DNA of 64,000 bases, from positions 4,517,175-4,581,174 of the forward strand of contig MU059938.1 in assembly GCA_013265495.1 (NCBI GenBank), written 5' to 3'. Numbering within the stretch: the first letter of the stretch is position 1; each line of letters opens with the position of its first letter. Position numbers and translations under genes: made by a program. The DNA comes from Vicugna vicugna. Taxonomy: Eukaryota. Under the pieces are notes generated by a model that worked only from the letters and a program-made list of their open reading frames with translations, ran no database searches and was not told the origin of the DNA. Positions 59,687 through 64,000 of this stretch are shown here, one piece after another.

Positions 59687-62600
59687 TTGCTTGTTCTGGG
59701 TTATTAAATAGGATTTTGTGAAACTCAGTGGCTTCTGGCTGGGGTTTTGTTGAACCGTGCTGATTTGGGGGCACCCTGGCTTTCTAACCCCTGGCAATGT
59801 TTCCCAGTCTGCTCTTCTGCAGGACAAATCTGTGTCTCAAGACTGAAATTCAATGACTGTTGCCCCTTAGTATCTATGTCACTTCAGTTACCTTAACTCA
59901 GAGGTACTCAAACGAATGCTGCTTCAGCGGCAAAAAAGTGGCCTTTTCAAGTTGTTCCAATGTGAGAAAAGTTACAGGGGAGCTGGTGACATGACATGAA
60001 TCCTCTCTCAGAGTGTGTGGTAGTGTGGGCTTTGGGGAGTCCCACAGACCTGATCTCCAATCCCAGCCATACAACCCGCTGGCTCTGCGACCTTGAGCAG
60101 GCTTTGAACTTCTCTGATCTGCAGTCTTAAATGGAGATAAGCCTGGGGCCCCCTTAGAAAGGCTGTTGGAAGGATTAAATGACATCTAGTCTATACAGTG
60201 CTAAGTGAAGTGTCTGGCACAGTGTGAGAGCCCAGGAAATCTTAGCTGCTGCTATTAGATTGGTAAATAATAATATAAATAAAGGATAGTCTTGTTTTAT
60301 CATATTATTTTAAGATATAGTCTGGAATAGCAGTTGAAAGACCAGAAGCCAGGCTTCCTGGGTGTGAATCCGGCATCTGGGCAAGTGGCTTCACCTCTCT
60401 GTGCCTCCATCTGCCCATCTAGTAAATGGAGATATTGATATTGTACCAACCTCATGGACTTGCAGGGATTAAATGAACTAACGTGCACAATACACGGGAC
60501 AGGGCCTACCTCAGAATAGGAGTCATCTCCTGCCACCGGGTTGAGAGGAGTTTGAGAAAGAGGGTGTGTGCTCTTGGACTCGTGCCCAGACTGTCAGTTT
60601 GAGGACTTCATCTAAGCACATGCGGGCATGGTGCGCTTGCATCAGCAGGCATCATCAGACCTTCACTGTGGCCAGTTGCAGACTGAATGTGCAGAGACTA
60701 AGGCATGACTTCTCCCCTGGAGGGACTTACAGCTACCCCACTGAATTCTGCATGGGCACAAATACCCCAGACACACAACTCATGGACAGAACTCACATTC
60801 TCCCAAGCAGTGCCGTTTTTAGTTATCAAATAAAACCTTTGAAAGCAGGATAAACATCACAACTTAAAAGAATAACATTGAATCTGTGTGCATGGCCTTC
60901 AGATGGTAGAAGGTATTTTGAATGCACGTGCCAAGCGGCAAAGCTTGATTATCTTGAAGCAGTTGGCAAAATAAATGTCGTTAAAAAAAAGTTGAACTTG
61001 GGATTATCAAGTGCTCTGTATACTGGTAAATAGAATTAGCTAAATAAGAGAATACAAGTTTGAGGTGCAGTTTGGACTATCCTTACTGAAACTAATAGTT
61101 GAAATGCACCTTCTAAATTAATCTGGATTTCATCTTCAGATGTAGAGAAGACTTCTCCATTTTAACTGAACCTCAGTGTTAATATGGAGTTAAATCCCTT
61201 CTAGGTCTGGTTCATGAAGACATTAATTTTTTATTCAAAAGGTCTTAGTTTTCTCATCACTTAGAGTTTCTCCTTCCAGTAACTAGTAGTCTGTTTATCC
61301 TGCTCAGGTGTGTGCACCTGATTGAGGAATAAAGTGCCTGTATCTCATTAGGTCTCTTTGAGTTCCCACTGCTTCCTTTATGTTCTCTCTTCCATAGCAC
61401 TGAAGAGAAATATAAGGGAGAACTAAATACAAAGGGGAAAAGCCCTTTTGTGTGCTTTATCTTATCAGAGGTTTGTGTACCGTGTGCCCCTGGATCTTTT
61501 TCCTGTTCCCTCCCAGTGGCTGGCACAATAAATATTTGTTGAATGAACAAAGGATGCTACGTGCCGTGATTGCTAGGAGCTGCTGAGCTGGTACCATGAA
61601 AAAGCTCAAGAGAACTTGCTTTTCATGATAAGCAGCAGGACTCAGAGGTGTACCTTGTCTTGCCTCTTTAGAGTTTACAAAGCATCTTGTCCATTAACGT
61701 GCTTGCTCTTCTGTACAGCTCTGTGAGCTGTCCCCACCAGGCACAATTAATCCCATTGTACAGATGGGGCACATGGGCTAGAAAGAAGAGGTTTAATGAT
61801 TGCTGTAACCTGAAAACATGGAGCTGGAGTTTAAAAAAAAAAAAAAGGATACTTGTTTTTGTCTCCATTTTGTTGCAGCTGCAGTATAGAAGTGCTTTCC
61901 AAACTAAGATCCCTGAGTTTTACAAATTGATTCTAGTTTTATGCTTAAAATATGTCTTAACTATTTTGCAAGCTGTAATTAAAAAAAAAATCTTTTGAAT
62001 ACGTTATGTCCAACATTTTCAGTTTGCTTGTGCAGCCCAGTTGATTGGTGGTTTTACAGAATCTTGGATAAATGTTTTCTATCTTCTTGGATTGTTTGAA
62101 GAGTGTTTTAAGATTGAAGTGTAAATTGGTTAAAAGTTACGTTTTGTAACTGCTTAGTCTGAGTGACAAGGCATGATTTTGATACCATGTAACTAATATC
62201 GAGAATTGTCCAGAGCCTCGAGATTTTATCTTACTTGGAAGCTAGTTAGTCTGCCTGCCACCATTTTGTGGGTGGTGGCAGAAGACCCCTGGGCCAGAGA
62301 CAAAGGACAGTTTATTGCTCTAAGCAGTAGTGGTAGCCAGAGTGTCATCATTTTCTTGACAGTTGCCCCAGAAGAGCACAATGAGGGCCATGTAACACCT
62401 GCCAGGGTTGGGTTGGACAGAAGAGGAATCCCAGGCTTGAGGAACCTCCTGTAGTGGTCTTCAAGCAAACCTGCTTTCTGACACAGAGGGAGACGTTACC
62501 TTTATCTTCCAGAGCTGTTCATTTTGCAGACATTCTTGAGAAGAGTCTAGAACGTGGGCTGTCCATGCTTCTGCTTGCAAGACATGAAGAGATGTGAGAC

Positions 62601-62992
62601 TCACGGAGAGTTACCTCCCAGCAACTACGGCAAAATCCACAAATTAATTGGATTTTGTCTCTGGTCACTGGGGGAGCAATTTCCTCACGACGACTCCTAT
62701 TTCTGTATTTTTTGTGTTAATCAAAACTGCCTTACAGGTTTCAGTGTTTAACTTTTATAAGTAAATGTTGTGTTATAAACATGAAATTAAAAAATGGGAT
62801 TCTCTAAGATTTTATTTGAAAAAACAGGTCAATTGTTTACAAAAGTTTTAAAATGGTATTTTTAAAAGGCCATCCTCTCTTCTCACAGTGTTAAACAATT
62901 TTAGAACAAAAATTTAAGTAGTTTCGTTGTATGGGCAACTCTGTTTAAGAGTCATGGGAAATTTTTTACCAAAACTGCATTCGTTTTGAATA

Positions 62993-63067
62993 CTCCTCCT
63001 TCCTCCTTCCCCTCCTTCCCTCCCCAAGTTCCTTCTTTTCTTCCTTCCCTCCCTCCCTTCCTTCCTT
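62993..63067. repeat. (CCTT)-like polypyrimidine low-complexity tract
   Basis: Seen directly. Confidence 0.85.
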
Positions 63068-64000
63068 TATTATTATTTTTTAGATTTTTTTTTAAATAGC
63101 AGGCCATGCAAAGTTGTATGTTTCTCCTGACAGGTTATTCAAATGTTTAATCATTTGCCTGTCGGGGTCCAGGCAGGTAGCAGACAGGCTTCTTTTATTC
63201 ATGCACTGGCCAGCATGAAAAAGACAAAAGCGAGGTGATAGCGATACTGTTGGGCTAGATTTTTTTTTTTTTTATCAGAGGAGTTGAAGAGATGGTGGAG
63301 GAGATCTGAAGATGCTGATGATAATGACAAAAGCAGTGAACACAGGACATTATTGATGCCTATTATGTACCATGCACTTTACATGTGTTTTCTTATTAAA
63401 GCCTTGTTCTGAGGCAGTGAGATAAATACCGTTATTCTCCCTTTGACAAATAAGGAAATTGAGGGCTAGATCCGTAAACTGACTTGCTTACCTTCACGTT
63501 AGCCAGAAAGCATGGGGAGTATTTCAAACCCCCAGTTTCCAGCTCCAGGGCCCCTGAGCCCACACTTAACAGTTTTTCAGTCTGCAGCTTCTAATTCACA
63601 AAGTTTCTGCTGCTTCAATCCAAGGCTGTAGCAATAATGGACATCACAAAATAATGGTAAATGATATGCAGATTGATAGATTTTTAAATGGGACTGAAAA
63701 TCTCCTGGTTTCTACCAAGTGCTTCGGTCTGGTGTTGGAAGTCACATTCTTCTTCACTGTTTCTTGGCAGTGCCATGCCTCCCCACCCGTTATAATGTAT
63801 GGCAATATTAGAGGTTTGTTAACATGCAGAACAGGGAGCGGGCCAGCTGTGCTGGTCAGAAGTCATCAGCCCTAGATCGGCATCTCCAGATTTCTAGCCC
63901 TGGCTGATGATTCAGAAATGACGTGATTTAAGAGTAGACGCACGTCGTTGCTTCAACAGCAGACTTGACTCATCGATGAAGGTTCATTGCCGGTTACTTC

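Noticed and set aside
1-64000. CRISPR arrays, operons, rRNA/snoRNA/snRNA genes, NUMTs, processed pseudogenes, and exon 4 of either gene
   Set aside because: None recognised by eye on either strand. The next exons of both genes appear to lie outside the window. Small diverged ncRNAs cannot be excluded without an Infernal/Rfam search.

Overview
Mammalian genomic DNA, very probably camelid, judged from eight copies of a tRNA-Ala(AGC)-derived Vic-1-type SINE. The window holds two head-to-head genes, recognised from their protein sequences. DSCC1 is on the minus strand (coding exons 1-3 at 6740-6918, 3538-3706 and 1275-1409, continuing off the left edge). DEPTOR is on the plus strand (coding exons 1-3 at 18401-18531, 54137-54315 and 55677-55800, continuing off the right edge; intron 1 is 35.6 kb). 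Each gene has a CpG-island promoter. The rest is intronic or intergenic sequence rich in L1, L2, MIR, ERV/MaLR LTRs, DNA-transposon fossils and microsatellites, with three N gaps. I found no new protein-coding gene, RNA gene or self-contained novel system. The best leads are regulatory or structural hypotheses: a perfect CLEAR/E-box palindrome inside a MIR in DEPTOR intron 1, a strong-Kozak uORF before the DEPTOR ATG, a twin-primed 5'-inverted L1 with a possible 3' transduction, a divergent pair of related solo LTRs, and three co-oriented CTCF-like motifs. Exon boundaries, TSDs and motifs were counted by hand. Boundaries of old repeats are approximate, and family names come from memory of consensus sequences, not from a database search.
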